Virus record (IMG/VR): IMGVR_UViG_3300027865_000011
Location: 1-56,059 of that record
Direction: 5' to 3' (one strand)
Source: a virus
Lineage: Duplodnaviria; Caudoviricetes
DNA: 56,059 bases
The translations under genes were made by a program, and so were the position numbers. Position 1 is the stretch's first letter. Every line of letters starts with the position of its first letter. The notes beneath the pieces were generated by a model. That model worked only from the letters and a program-made list of their open reading frames with translations. It had not been told where the DNA came from and ran no database searches. Positions 21,196-31,008 of this stretch are shown here, in pieces.

Positions 21196-21501
21196 TTATT
21201 CCTTGACAGTCAGCGCTTCGACCTGCTTTGCTGTTCTTGCCGCATATGCGTCTTCTAATGCGGCACAGTGCCTACCCCAGGCTGTCTGTTTTTTGAAAAA
21301 TCTCTCTGGCTTCGTCCACCAGAAGAGCGTTCGCCAGAATACGATTCTGACTACTCGTTGATTCCGCCATTGCTTTTGGCCATATTCGTGACCTATCTGT
21401 GCCATCAGGATCTTGCGATACTCCAGAACCTTGGTGCAGTACCACGAAACCCCCGCCGGGAAAATTACGATGCGCAATACGATCAAAAGCCAACGTTTCA
21501 T
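21196..21501 (-). CDS. Hypothetical protein with hydrophobic N-terminus
   Basis: AAGGAGG RBS; 101 aa. Confidence 0.55.
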   Translation of the reverse strand: MKRWLLIVLRIVIFPAGVSWYCTKVLEYRKILMAQIGHEYGQKQWRNQRVVRIVFWRTLFWWTKPERFFKKQTAWGRHCAALEDAYAARTAKQVEALTVKE

Positions 21502-21546
21502 CTGACTTGCCTCCTTACGTCAGAGGGGCATGAAGAAGCCACAACT

Positions 21547-21885
21547 TCATGGTTGATCTCCTGTCTGTGGGCTTTCGCCCGTGGATGATTGCTCGCTTCC
21601 TTGCGGATCTGTGTTTCTTGCTTTGGTGGTTGCTTCGACGAACCCGTCAACGAACTGCCCGACGATTCCTTGGGCCGTAGTTGATTTGATGTCGTAGACC
21701 ACCGCCATGTGGATGGCCAGAGCCGTGGTGATGGTCTTCTTGACGTAGTCTAAATCCACGTAAGCCTCCATCATCTTCGCCAACACCTGTTGCTGTGTTG
21801 GGGGCTCGTATCCTCTGGGTTGTGTCGGGTTCGGACCCTTGCCTTTCCGGGGTCCGCCGAACGGTCCTTGTCTTCGCTTGCTCAT
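21547..21885 (-). CDS. Hypothetical protein
   Basis: In operon order; 112 aa. Confidence 0.55.
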   Translation of the reverse strand: MSKRRQGPFGGPRKGKGPNPTQPRGYEPPTQQQVLAKMMEAYVDLDYVKKTITTALAIHMAVVYDIKSTTAQGIVGQFVDGFVEATTKARNTDPQGSEQSSTGESPQTGDQP

Positions 21886-21903
21886 GTGTCTACCTGCTGT
21901 TGC

Positions 21904-22182
21904 CTAATCAGGAAGGTGCGCGATCACGGGAGCGCTCCCGTTGCCCGCGATGAAGTTGTTCATCGATCGGACATTTGCTGTGGTGGTGCTCAGAGCAGCT
22001 CGCTGTGGTGGTTTGAGAGCATTGTCGATGAGTACGATGTCATCGTTCTTCTCCGCGGCCTCTATCGCTGCGCCGTCGCCGGTGTCGATAGTGGCGTACT
22101 CCTCAGGAATCCCGAGCGCTGTCAGATGCCGGTTGTAGGCTATCAGCATCATGGCGCTGCTTCCGACTTGGATTAGCTTCAT
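21904..22182 (-). CDS. Hypothetical protein
   Basis: MKLIQ start overlapping upstream stop (ATGA), GGAG RBS. Confidence 0.55.
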   Translation of the reverse strand: MKLIQVGSSAMMLIAYNRHLTALGIPEEYATIDTGDGAAIEAAEKNDDIVLIDNALKPPQRAALSTTTANVRSMNNFIAGNGSAPVIAHLPD

Positions 22183-22952
22183 GGTCGACTCCGTTCTTTC
22201 TCGAGCTCTCGGCGTTCTTCGTCTGTGAGCACCTCGATCATCGGCGGCACGGGCGCGTCTATGACTTCTCCTTCCAGCACTTTGCGGACCGCTGGGGCGT
22301 TGTCTTGGCCCCCGCCGCACACCATCCTCGCCAGCTCTGCGATCTCTCCCAGCGCCCCCGCGCCTTCGTCGCGGATGACCCCCGTGACCCGATCGAGGTG
22401 CTTCACGGTGGCGAGCGCCGTCTTGGGGTCCATGCAGATGTCGGACTGGTGGAAGATCCGCTCGAGCCGCGCGATGGAGACCGCCCGGTGCTCTTCGATA
22501 TCGGTGGCAAGATGCTCCTCGGCGAGGGCCATGCGGGCCTCTTTGCAGATCGCTTGGCACTCGATGGCGTTGTAGCCCATCTGCTCGAGGCCCACCCGCA
22601 CGTACCGCGCTCCGTAGCGGACCAGCTCCGTCGTGACCTCATGCAGGAAGGCGGAGCGCCCCTCGCGCTCCTCGAAGGCCTCCATTGATGCGGGGTCTTT
22701 GAAGCTCGCGGCATCGGCGGTGAGGGGTTCGATCGGCCGGTGGTAGATGGTCTCCGGGTTGGGTAGCAGGGGATCGGCCCCGCGGGCGGTGGTCGCCGGC
22801 CGCCACTGGTTCGCCCCGTTGGTGGCCGAGGGGCTCTCCTTGGGGGTCATGTATCTTTGGCTATGGAGGTGTGGCCTCTCCAGGGAGGCCACGTAGGCAT
22901 TGTGCCGCGCGAAGGCTGCATTCCAGAAGGATTGTGTTTCGATCGGGGTCAT
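22179..22952 (-). CDS. Putative terminase small subunit
   Basis: Upstream of terL; [14 protein letters not shown]...[17 protein letters not shown] helical pattern seen in TerS-like proteins; ATGA overlap with thyA. Confidence 0.55.
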   Translation of the reverse strand: MTPIETQSFWNAAFARHNAYVASLERPHLHSQRYMTPKESPSATNGANQWRPATTARGADPLLPNPETIYHRPIEPLTADAASFKDPASMEAFEEREGRSAFLHEVTTELVRYGARYVRVGLEQMGYNAIECQAICKEARMALAEEHLATDIEEHRAVSIARLERIFHQSDICMDPKTALATVKHLDRVTGVIRDEGAGALGEIAELARMVCGGGQDNAPAVRKVLEGEVIDAPVPPMIEVLTDEERRELEKERSRP

Positions 22953-23749
22953 ACCGAGATGGGTGCTTTTATCGCGGGGTGGCTCTTGTAGCCCTCGATC
23001 TGAACATCCTCGAAGACGAAGTCGTCGATCGACTGTCGGTTGCCTTCCAGGAGGAGTGTAGGAAGATCCATGGGGCCTCGGCCGAGCTGCTCCCTGGCCT
23101 GCTTGAGGTGGTTCAGGTAGAGATGGGTGTCTCCCGTGCTGATGACGAGATCCCCCGCGACGAGCCCGGTGACGTGCGCCACCATGTGGGTGAGCAAGGC
23201 GTAGCTGGCGATGTTGAAGGGTAGCCCCAAGAAGACGTCCACGCTCCGCATGTTCATATGGCAGGAGAGCCTCCCGTTGGCCACGTAGAACTGGAAGACG
23301 AAGTGGCAGGGCGGAAGGGCCATGTCGGGGACGTCGCCCACGTTCCACGCTGAGACGATGTGCCGGCGGCAATCAGGGTGGGTCTTGATGCGTGCGATCA
23401 CCTGAGCGAGCTGGTCGATCGGCTCTTCCAAGCCTTCGTTATCTCCCCAGGCCCGCCACTGTGACCCGTAGACCGGCCCCAGGTTTCCGTTCTCCCTCGC
23501 CCACGCATCCCAAATCTTGACGCCATTGTCTTGGAGGTACCAGACGTTGGTGCCTCCGCTGATGAACCACAGGAGCTCGTGGATAATGGACTTGAAGTGG
23601 AGCTTCTTGGTCGTGACCGCTGGGAAGCCGTGCTGGAGATTGAACCGCAGCTGGCGGCCGAAGACGCTCAACGTTCCGGTGCCTGTTCGATCGCCCTTCT
23701 GGACTCCGTGGTTGAAGATGTCCCGAACGAGATCCAGGTACTGTTTCAT
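22949..23749 (-). CDS. thyA: Thymidylate synthase
   Basis: [51 protein letters not shown]. Confidence 0.97.
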   Translation of the reverse strand: MKQYLDLVRDIFNHGVQKGDRTGTGTLSVFGRQLRFNLQHGFPAVTTKKLHFKSIIHELLWFISGGTNVWYLQDNGVKIWDAWARENGNLGPVYGSQWRAWGDNEGLEEPIDQLAQVIARIKTHPDCRRHIVSAWNVGDVPDMALPPCHFVFQFYVANGRLSCHMNMRSVDVFLGLPFNIASYALLTHMVAHVTGLVAGDLVISTGDTHLYLNHLKQAREQLGRGPMDLPTLLLEGNRQSIDDFVFEDVQIEGYKSHPAIKAPISV

Positions 23750-24417
23750 GATGGCTCCCCTTCCTTGGAATTCTCCTGACTCTCCCACCAACTCTTGAAG
23801 GTCGTGGAAACCTCCATCAATGCAGCGAAGATCTTGCGAGGCGGATCATCCGTCCGATACCACCGCACCAAGAGGAGGAACTGCACGCTGGGGAGGGTGT
23901 CTCCTGCGAGGGCCCGTGGTTTTCCGTAGATCTTGATCCGCTTCCAAGCTTCCGGTGCTTGCTGCACGGAGGGAGTCCGTAGGACCTCCTTGACGTCGAC
24001 CGCGTCTTCGATCGCCCATCCCGACACGTCGTTGGTCTTGAGGAAGGGGAAAACCGGTCGCGTGGTGGTCGCGGGCGCCTCGGCCGCCTTGAGTTCTCCC
24101 CGGACCTTCGCGCGTGCGCGCGCCTGGGCCTCTTCCAGGCCTTTGTACGTCGCCGCGACCCTCTCGGCGAAGGATGGCCGCGCGGGGGTGTCGGGGAGGA
24201 GGAACCTCTCGGCCCGCGCGGCGAGGGCGCGCACCGTGGTCCGCGTCGCTGCCTGACAACCATGGACCGTCTCGTGGGGGCAATCGCCCGAGAAGCACCC
24301 GTAGTCCGCCATGCTCGCAACGTCCGCGAGCATCTCGTTGAGCTCTGAGTATCGCTCGAGAAACATGGAGGGCACGGCCCTCGGCGGGATGTCGCGCGGG
24401 ATGTCAGGTGTTGCCAT
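23746..24417 (-). CDS. Hypothetical protein
   Basis: AAGGAG RBS before MATPDI; ATGA overlap with thyA; C-x4-CPH-x5-C cluster. Confidence 0.6.
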   Translation of the reverse strand: MATPDIPRDIPPRAVPSMFLERYSELNEMLADVASMADYGCFSGDCPHETVHGCQAATRTTVRALAARAERFLLPDTPARPSFAERVAATYKGLEEAQARARAKVRGELKAAEAPATTTRPVFPFLKTNDVSGWAIEDAVDVKEVLRTPSVQQAPEAWKRIKIYGKPRALAGDTLPSVQFLLLVRWYRTDDPPRKIFAALMEVSTTFKSWWESQENSKEGEPS

Positions 24418-24834
24418 ATCGGTCTCCTTTTGGCTGTTCTGCTTGGTCTGCGGCTCCGCTGGTGGCGGCCTATGTTCTCCCCATGGTCCAGGATACCGCC
24501 GCAAGAAGCAAGTGTCCGTGAACGAATATCGCGAACGAGTGTTGCTCCGGGGATGGACCGTGGTATGCTCAGGTCGTCGCGCACCAGGCTCTCCCTCGCT
24601 CCACGCACACCTCACCGTCGCTCGAGCCTGGTGCGCGGCGATCTGGTTAATGTAGTACTATCGAGTCGCTGAGGCGGTTCCTCACGGGCCGAGGTCTTCA
24701 CAGATAGTGTTGCTTCAGGGATGGCTGTTCCTGAGGCTCCGCTGGTGGTTGTGCTTGACCTCGGCCCGTTTTCTACGCCCACAGGTGATGTGCGTGCCTC
24801 AAAGCCCCACTCGTGCCTCAAAGCCTCGCTTTTG

Positions 24835-24979
24835 ATAAAGGCATTTCTTTGTGCGTGATGTTTTCCCTCGTTTTCTCATAAATGCGTTTATCTGTACGTG
24901 TCATTACCCCACGTTCTGGAAAATGCACTTATGGGGAAAGTTCGTCGTCTCAGGTCGTGTTTCTGTATAAGTGCATTTT
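24835..24979. promoter_or_regulatory. Repeated ATAAGTGCATTT-type boxes (operator-like)
   Basis: Copies at 24835, 24880(rc), 24921(rc), 24967; further copies at 25490(rc) and 26477. Confidence 0.55.
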
Positions 24980-25329
24980 TTTGTTCCTGGAAATTTAGGG
25001 GTTCCCCGTGAAAAGGGAGGGCACACTGGGGAGCGCGAGGATCTCTACGTGTCCGTTCGACATGTTTTGCGTGCATGATGGGCACTACCCCACCCTCGAG
25101 CGGACAGAAACGCGCATTATCATCCACTGCCTTACCCAGCCTATGGCCCTTGATTGGTGTTTTCCGCGCTCGCCCGACCTTTGTTGGGCAAAGCCTCAAT
25201 AGTCGAAGGGTGACAATCCCCACCGTTTCGGAGCACCACCGGACACTGACTTGGGACAACCGCCATAAGCCCCGCAACCGCAGTAGGTTATGAGGTGGGG
25301 AGAATTCCACACATGGGGTGGGGAAAAAT

Positions 25330-25696
25330 TTGGCAACACCTTGGCAACACCTTTGCAACACCAAAAAGGTGCTCGATAACCGGGGGACATCGTTGGAGTT
25401 ACAATCATTAGCAACAGCGCAACAGTTTTTTATGAATACTATATGTGAGAAATACCCCTTCAATGCTTTTTATACACGCTATTCTATATAAATGCACTTA
25501 ATAATACGTGTCATAAATACATCATGTTACATGTATCTCTATATGGTTTCCGCCAACTGTTGCACTGTTGCCAACCGACCCTAACCCCTGCTCTCATGGG
25601 CACTTGCTGGGCAACACCAGCCCTTTTTCAAAGTGTAGCCGCCGTTGCCAGCACCACCTAACTCCTGTTCTCATAAGCACTTGCTGGGCAACACCT
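25330..25696. other. Putative replication origin: GCAACA iterons around an AT-rich core
   Basis: Three GCAACACC at 11-bp period; 17-bp inverted repeat 25411-25427/25555-25571 flanks the most AT-rich stretch; duplicated GCACTTGCTGGGCAACACC. Confidence 0.6.
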
Positions 25697-26087
25697 GCCT
25701 TTCGGCACCTCTCAGCGGGCTATCGAGGGGAGGCCAAGTGAGGGGGTGGGGGCCGCACTGGGCAGACGTCCACAGCGAAGCACGGAAAGCCTGTTGTGGG
25801 CGAGGCTACGATGACACAGGCCCCAGTGGTCGATTTAGCCTTGCCCAGCCTCTATGAGGCACTGAGAGCGGCTACAGGCAAGGAGCCTTTGACGTGCCGA
25901 TACTACATCCTATGGGCGCCGGGGGATGGGGATCCCGGCTCGGCGCGACCACCAAGAGGCCGGACCCGTGATGGGGAGGGGGAGGATCCTCGAGAAATGT
26001 ATTTTCTGAGAGGCCGAGCCTTGGGGGGGCGCAACCCCCTCCCCAGCAGGTACATACGCCAATCCGAACACATCGCCACACGCTCAT

Positions 26088-26199
26088 CACGAACATTTTT
26101 TGAGAAAGAGTGTATGATAACGCTCCGGGATCCGTTATATAGGTAGCAGCGAAGAACAACACGAGCGACACAGGAGCAAGACCATGACGACCATCAACC
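26088..26199 (+). repeat. Early expression cassette copy 1 (promoter-like + palindrome + RBS + MTTIN)
   Basis: About 110 bp near-identical to 26580-26696. Confidence 0.9.
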
Positions 26200-26405
26200 A
26201 AGACACCACGCCACAGCAAGACGCGACCAGGGCCTTCGAGCTCGGCAACGCTGCGGGACAGGGGCGCCCCTGGTACGGAGCCCCCCTTGGCGCCGAGCAG
26301 CACGTGGTGGCCCGCACCCAGGACGAGGTGAGCACCTGGCAGCTGGCGGATGGCTCGATCGTGGCGGTGCGCAAGAATGGCGGATGGGCGATCACCATCG
26401 GGTAG
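26184..26405 (+). CDS. Small early protein
   Basis: AGGAG RBS; 73 aa. Confidence 0.75.
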   Translation: MTTINQDTTPQQDATRAFELGNAAGQGRPWYGAPLGAEQHVVARTQDEVSTWQLADGSIVAVRKNGGWAITIG

Positions 26406-26579
26406 GGGACACCCGCACAAACCCCATTTGTTCGGCACGCGGTAGCTCCCTGAGAGGGGCCACCTACCAGGAGCTGATAAGTGCATTTCTTTCCATCAAG
26501 CAGTTGTTTGTGGGTTCTCGAGGGCCGCTTAGAAGCCAGCACACGTACGCTCAGAGCGAACAAACACACGAACAAGAAA

Positions 26580-26696
26580 CACGAACGTTTTTTGAGAAAG
26601 AGTGTATGATAACGCTCCGAGAAGCGTTATCTTGGTAGCAGCGAAGAACAAGCTGACACGAGCGACACAGGAGCAAGACCATGACGACCATCAACC
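26580..26696 (+). repeat. Early expression cassette copy 2
   Basis: Contains perfect GATAACGCT-6-AGCGTTATC inverted repeat. Confidence 0.9.
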
Positions 26697-26854
26697 GCAA
26701 CCGAGCCTTGATCAGAATCGCAAGTGACCATGGGTGCAGCGCATTTGTGGATGCCGCGGGTCTTCACGTGGAGCATCAGTTCTTCAACGCACCCTCCGAA
26801 TGGAGCATCATCCCCGCGACCTTCCAAGCCTTGTGGGCCCACTTGGGCTATTGA
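26681..26854 (+). CDS. Small early protein (57 aa, below ORF track cutoff)
   Basis: MTTINRNRAL...WAHLGY*, same RBS as cassette 1. Confidence 0.75.
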   Translation: MTTINRNRALIRIASDHGCSAFVDAAGLHVEHQFFNAPSEWSIIPATFQALWAHLGY

Positions 26855-26889
26855 TCAACCACCACCGACCACCACCAGGAGCAACAGCC

Positions 26890-27498
26890 ATGACGACCAC
26901 CAACACCAACCAAGTCCTGAAAGTTCGCGTATCCGTCGACCCGTGCATCCGACTGATCCCGGGGTTCTTCTGCAATGGGCAGATCGTCGTGGCCGATCGC
27001 TACTGCGACTTGCCGCCCAATGTGCGAAGGATTCAGAAGGATGCGACGGATGGAGAAGTGTGGCTGCCCGGTACCAACACGCGGAGAATGCCGACAGAGG
27101 CGATTCAGGCCATGGTCAAGGACAACATGGTGCAAGACGATGACCGCACTGTCTCGGTGGTGATCCCTACGCGGTTTGGGGATACGGCCAGCGAGTCCCC
27201 GTATTGTCGTGTCGTCAACCTCGCAGGTGCGGTCAAAGGGTTCACCGCGCTGTCCACCCGTTACGCCGATGCGTTTGGGTCCGGCGAGTTCCGGATAGTC
27301 GCACCAGCCACGTACGACTGGAAGAAGGGGCAGGATCCCTTGACCATTCAACGAAGGCAATCAAGTACGGCCATGCACGGCAAGACCACCGAAACTTGGT
27401 TCGGCGTAGGCGTCTTGATGAGCATGACGCTGCGGAGTGCACGGGATTTGGCTGAGGAACTGGAGTTGCTCCTGACTGCCTTGAACAAGAGCAAGTAG
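26890..27498 (+). CDS. Hypothetical early protein
   Basis: AGGAG RBS, start MTTTNT. Confidence 0.7.
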   Translation: MTTTNTNQVLKVRVSVDPCIRLIPGFFCNGQIVVADRYCDLPPNVRRIQKDATDGEVWLPGTNTRRMPTEAIQAMVKDNMVQDDDRTVSVVIPTRFGDTASESPYCRVVNLAGAVKGFTALSTRYADAFGSGEFRIVAPATYDWKKGQDPLTIQRRQSSTAMHGKTTETWFGVGVLMSMTLRSARDLAEELELLLTALNKSK

Positions 27499-27545
27499 TC
27501 CCCACCACCACCACCGACCAACCACCACCACAAGGAGCAATAGCC

Positions 27546-27932
27546 ATGACCGACACAACCGATACACTCCGCCACGTGCGACTCGAGGCGACAATCAACC
27601 ACCCATTCACCCTACGCACATGGGACACCCACAGGATCGAACCTCTGGGTAAGACCATCCTTGGCTACTGCCTATCGGATGCCAATGGCCCCATCTTCGA
27701 GGGAGAAGACTTCGCGTGCTCGCCCTTGGATGCCATCGACTCAGATGACTGCCTACGATCGCTGCTCGGGTTCCTCACTCTCAGCTCTGGTGATGCGGAT
27801 GCCGAGTATTTCGCAGACTACTCGGCAAGGCAGATGGAGTTTGCCGAGCAGGATGCCGAGTGGTTGGCCGTCTACACCGAGACTGATGAGAGTTCCGAGC
27901 ATGGCGCTGTTCCTTTCGAAGACATCGCCTGA
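27546..27932 (+). CDS. Hypothetical early protein (acidic)
   Basis: AAGGAG RBS; 128 aa. Confidence 0.75.
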   Translation: MTDTTDTLRHVRLEATINHPFTLRTWDTHRIEPLGKTILGYCLSDANGPIFEGEDFACSPLDAIDSDDCLRSLLGFLTLSSGDADAEYFADYSARQMEFAEQDAEWLAVYTETDESSEHGAVPFEDIA

Positions 27933-27971
27933 CCCGCACGCACTACCCGACTGCCACAAGGAATCGTTACC

Positions 27972-28625
27972 ATGTCTGCTACTCCAACCACCCCCACCGT
28001 AGTTCTGGACCGTCCCACCATCAAGGCCTTGATGAGCATTGTGTGCAAAGAGCGTACACGCCACGCTCTGCACACCATGCAAATCACAGACACTGAAGTG
28101 TCAGCTTCGGACGGCAAGGTAGGCATGATGGTAGCCCCGATCCCCCCGCAAGACGCCCCAGACGCCACCAACGGGTTCGCCCCCATGCTCTTGGGTCGAA
28201 AGGAGGCAGCTACTACGCTCAAGTTGATGGGATCGGCCAAGAAGATGGCGCCACCCACAGTAGCACTGTCTTTGAGCGATGAGCACAACCCGATCGGGCC
28301 TACCAAGATCGCAGCCGAGGTGCGGAACAGCTCAGGCGTTTTGCCTGTGCAGTTGCCCCAAGTGACTGGAGCATTTCCCAAGCTACGGTCAGTCATAGAC
28401 GATACCAGAGCCAGAGGCGAGGGAAAGAACACAGTGAGAGTCGATCCTCGCAAGTTGGGCGAACTCCTGTTGGCCGCTGCCGAGGTGCTTGAGTCCCGGG
28501 TACTCGGCAGGCAAATATCTGTAGTTACGCTATCGGTTTACGACAACCCGGAAATCCCGGTGTTCATCGACGGCCCAGAGTTTTGCCCATTGGTCGGTCT
28601 CAGCATGCCATGCTCGGCGCGGTAG
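27972..28625 (+). CDS. Beta sliding clamp-like protein
   Basis: RTRHALHTM...ASDGK and GAFPKLRSVI resemble DnaN R..L.GV...ATDG and G.FP.Y..VI motifs. Confidence 0.55.
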   Translation: MSATPTTPTVVLDRPTIKALMSIVCKERTRHALHTMQITDTEVSASDGKVGMMVAPIPPQDAPDATNGFAPMLLGRKEAATTLKLMGSAKKMAPPTVALSLSDEHNPIGPTKIAAEVRNSSGVLPVQLPQVTGAFPKLRSVIDDTRARGEGKNTVRVDPRKLGELLLAAAEVLESRVLGRQISVVTLSVYDNPEIPVFIDGPEFCPLVGLSMPCSAR

Positions 28626-28645
28626 CCACCACAGAAGGAACAGCC

Positions 28646-29011
28646 GTGAAAACTACCAGAGCCTTCCTCGACGGAGACCGGTACCACTTCGATTGGGTCA
28701 CGTGCTCATCGTCCAAGGGTTTCGCCCAAGTGGACACTTACCAAGATGCCAGCTACTTCGGTACGTGGGCCAACCCGACCACCCGCACGATCATCTGCTT
28801 CTGTGAAGGTGACTTGACCGTGCAAGAGGCCGAGACTGATGCCGAGTTCTGCGAAGCACTCCGGGCCATCAAGACTTGGAACACCGAGCACGGGGGCGAT
28901 GGGGGCTTCAAAGGGATCGACACTATGTGCCGACCCGAGATCACCGAAGCCTTCGTAGCGCTCGGGCTGCAAGACCTACTGCAACAGCAACCACCGAAAG
29001 AACAACCATGA
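28646..29011 (+). CDS. Hypothetical protein
   Basis: AAGGA RBS + GTG; DRYHFD...QVDT.QDASYFGTWANP. Confidence 0.7.
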   Translation: MKTTRAFLDGDRYHFDWVTCSSSKGFAQVDTYQDASYFGTWANPTTRTIICFCEGDLTVQEAETDAEFCEALRAIKTWNTEHGGDGGFKGIDTMCRPEITEAFVALGLQDLLQQQPPKEQP

Positions 29012-29328
29012 AAACCGCAAGCATCAGGTGCCTCGAGTGTGGCGAGCCCATGCGCTACCGCTACGCCGCGGACAACTTCGGAACGATCTTGGGACAACGT
29101 TGTGTTGCCTGTGCCGACGTCTCCGCGAGAGGATCCGACACGTGGGTACCGCGGCACCAGGGGACCTACTTCTACTTGGCCAGGGAACCACTTTGCGCGG
29201 TATCCCACTGCTTGGGGAAATGGTACGCCTACTACCGCGGAAAGTACGTGGGCAAGGCAATCGAGCGCAGCGGCGCGCAGGCCATGGTCCTACGGGCCGA
29301 GCAAAACAAAACCGCCCCAGGGGCGTAA
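29008..29328 (+). CDS. Small Cys-rich protein
   Basis: ATGA overlap; CLEC...CVAC. Confidence 0.6.
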   Translation: MKTASIRCLECGEPMRYRYAADNFGTILGQRCVACADVSARGSDTWVPRHQGTYFYLAREPLCAVSHCLGKWYAYYRGKYVGKAIERSGAQAMVLRAEQNKTAPGA

Positions 29329-29477
29329 CCCCCCAAGACGGCATGTTAGGTCGATGACGAGCGAAGCTCGACGCCGCTCACCAGTAAGCAACCCCCGCGG
29401 CGAAACACCGCAGGCCAGCGAGACGGCCTAAGACAGGAGCAAGCTACAGGAGCCCACCGGGATGGGCAAGAACTTTC

Positions 29478-29555
29478 TCGACCGGACTCGTCGACCGGAC
29501 TCGAGAATAGGACTCGTCGACCGGACTCGAGAATAGGACTCGAGAATAGGACTTG
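29478..29555 (+). repeat. Tandem array, 6 x 13 bp, GGACTCG core
   Basis: Units TCGACCGGACTCG / AGAATAGGACTCG; last unit runs into TTGACA. Confidence 0.95.
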
Positions 29556-29581
29556 ACAAGCCGCACGCCAAGACGTACGTT
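29553..29581 (+). promoter_or_regulatory. Sigma70-type promoter
   Basis: TTGACA-17 bp-TACGTT. Confidence 0.8.
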
Positions 29582-29610
29582 GACCACGAACACGAAAGAA
29601 GATCAGAGCC

Positions 29611-30048
29611 ATGAGAACGAGAACAGCCGACACAGATCCCCAGATGCGCCACGCCAACACCGACGGCGATTGTGCTCGAGAAAACGTGATGACCATGGCT
29701 ACGCTGCTCATCACAAGACGTACGTCGAAGGTGGCGGAGCAGGTGATCTTGCTTGACATGCTGGGAGCACTCCCCATCGACATGATCCCCACGACACCGA
29801 GCTTGCGACATTTCGTGGTTGATTTGTTGACGGAGGGATTAGCAGCGGCACGCTACGCGCAGTCGAAGGTCTTGGGCGACTACATCCCGGCTACCCTGCT
29901 CCCTGCTCGGGTGGTCGATTGGCTGGTGCTGTGGGCCCTCAACTACGCTGGCGACACTGGCCCGAAGAAGCTCCCACCTCCACCGATCGAGACATCGGGA
30001 GGCCAACTGATCGAGCAAGGCGACGATCCCGAGGCACCAAGAGGATGA
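29611..30048 (+). CDS. Hypothetical protein upstream of recombinase
   Basis: Follows promoter; ATGA overlap with recombinase. Confidence 0.6.
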   Translation: MRTRTADTDPQMRHANTDGDCARENVMTMATLLITRRTSKVAEQVILLDMLGALPIDMIPTTPSLRHFVVDLLTEGLAAARYAQSKVLGDYIPATLLPARVVDWLVLWALNYAGDTGPKKLPPPPIETSGGQLIEQGDDPEAPRG

Positions 30049-31007
30049 CCACCCTACCCACAACCACCGCCGGCACGCCCCTCATCACCGTGGCCGACGT
30101 CCGGCGCGATATGCTCGCGGCATTCACCTGCGGGAAGAAGGGTACGACCGTGCGAGCCTATACGCGGGACCTGCGGGACTTCGCCAGGTTCCTCGGCGCA
30201 GAGCACCCCAACGCGGCCATCGCCCTCCTGGTGGGCCAGGGCCAGGGGGAAGCCAACGTCAAGGCCCACGCCTACCGAGCGTGGATGCTCGAGAAGAGAC
30301 TCTCCCCCGCGACGGTCAACCGGAGGCTATCGGCGCTTCGGTCTGTCGTGCGACTGGCCCGGACTTTCGGTTTGGTGTCCTGGGGACTCGATGTCACGTG
30401 CGTCCCCTCGCAGGCCTACCGGAACACCGCTGGCCCGGGGACGCCCGCATTTCAAGCTATGTTACGTAACACGGAGGACCCGCGGGATCGTGCAATCCTG
30501 CGCCTGCTGTTCGACGTGGCGCTGCGCCGGGGGGAGATTGAGAGCTTGGATCTCGAGCACGTGCGCCCACAGGGGGAGGGCTTGTCACTCGAGATCCAAG
30601 GGAAGGGTCGCTGGGAGCGCGAGCTCCTCGAGCTCCCAGCGCCTACTGCAGAAGCTTTGGCCGCATGGCTCGAGATGCGTGGTACGGCCCCGGGGCCCTT
30701 GTTCCTGAATCGGGACTCCGCAAGGAAGGGAGTGGACGGTCGACTCTCGTCCACCAGTATCTACCGGATCGTCCAAGCCGCGGCCGCGCGCGCCGAGGTG
30801 CCGGGGCCCGTGAGTCCCCACCGCTTGCGACACTCGGCAATCACCCGAGCAGCCAAGCTGTTGCAGGGAGACATGGTGAAGCTGGCGAAGTTCAGCCGGC
30901 ACCGCGACATTCGAACGGCCGCGCGCTACGTGGACAATGAGCAGGGTGTAGCTGCTTCGGTGGCGCGGCAGGTGGCGGACCTGGGGACTGATGAGGAGGA
31001 CTCGTGA
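30045..31007 (+). CDS. Tyrosine recombinase (Xer/resolvase-like)
   Basis: TVRAY..DL, SPATVNRRL, LRRGE, GKG, PHRLRH, SRH, RYVD: catalytic residues present. Confidence 0.93.
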   Translation: MTTLPTTTAGTPLITVADVRRDMLAAFTCGKKGTTVRAYTRDLRDFARFLGAEHPNAAIALLVGQGQGEANVKAHAYRAWMLEKRLSPATVNRRLSALRSVVRLARTFGLVSWGLDVTCVPSQAYRNTAGPGTPAFQAMLRNTEDPRDRAILRLLFDVALRRGEIESLDLEHVRPQGEGLSLEIQGKGRWERELLELPAPTAEALAAWLEMRGTAPGPLFLNRDSARKGVDGRLSSTSIYRIVQAAAARAEVPGPVSPHRLRHSAITRAAKLLQGDMVKLAKFSRHRDIRTAARYVDNEQGVAASVARQVADLGTDEEDS

Positions 31008-31008
31008 C

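Noticed and set aside
24888-25463. 191-aa ORF and other ORFs in the control region
   Set aside because: Atypical composition, no RBS, overlaps repeat motifs
25506-25532. dif-like site (CATAA-ATACA-TCATGTTACAT)
   Set aside because: Spacer is 5 bp rather than 6, and the AT-rich context makes a chance match likely
29345-29430. Hammerhead ribozyme
   Set aside because: Lacks intact CUGANGA and GAAA junction in the required positions
29478-29555. Mini-CRISPR array linked to the Cas4-like nuclease
   Set aside because: Units are 13 bp with no unique spacers; the nuclease is a typical phage replication exonuclease
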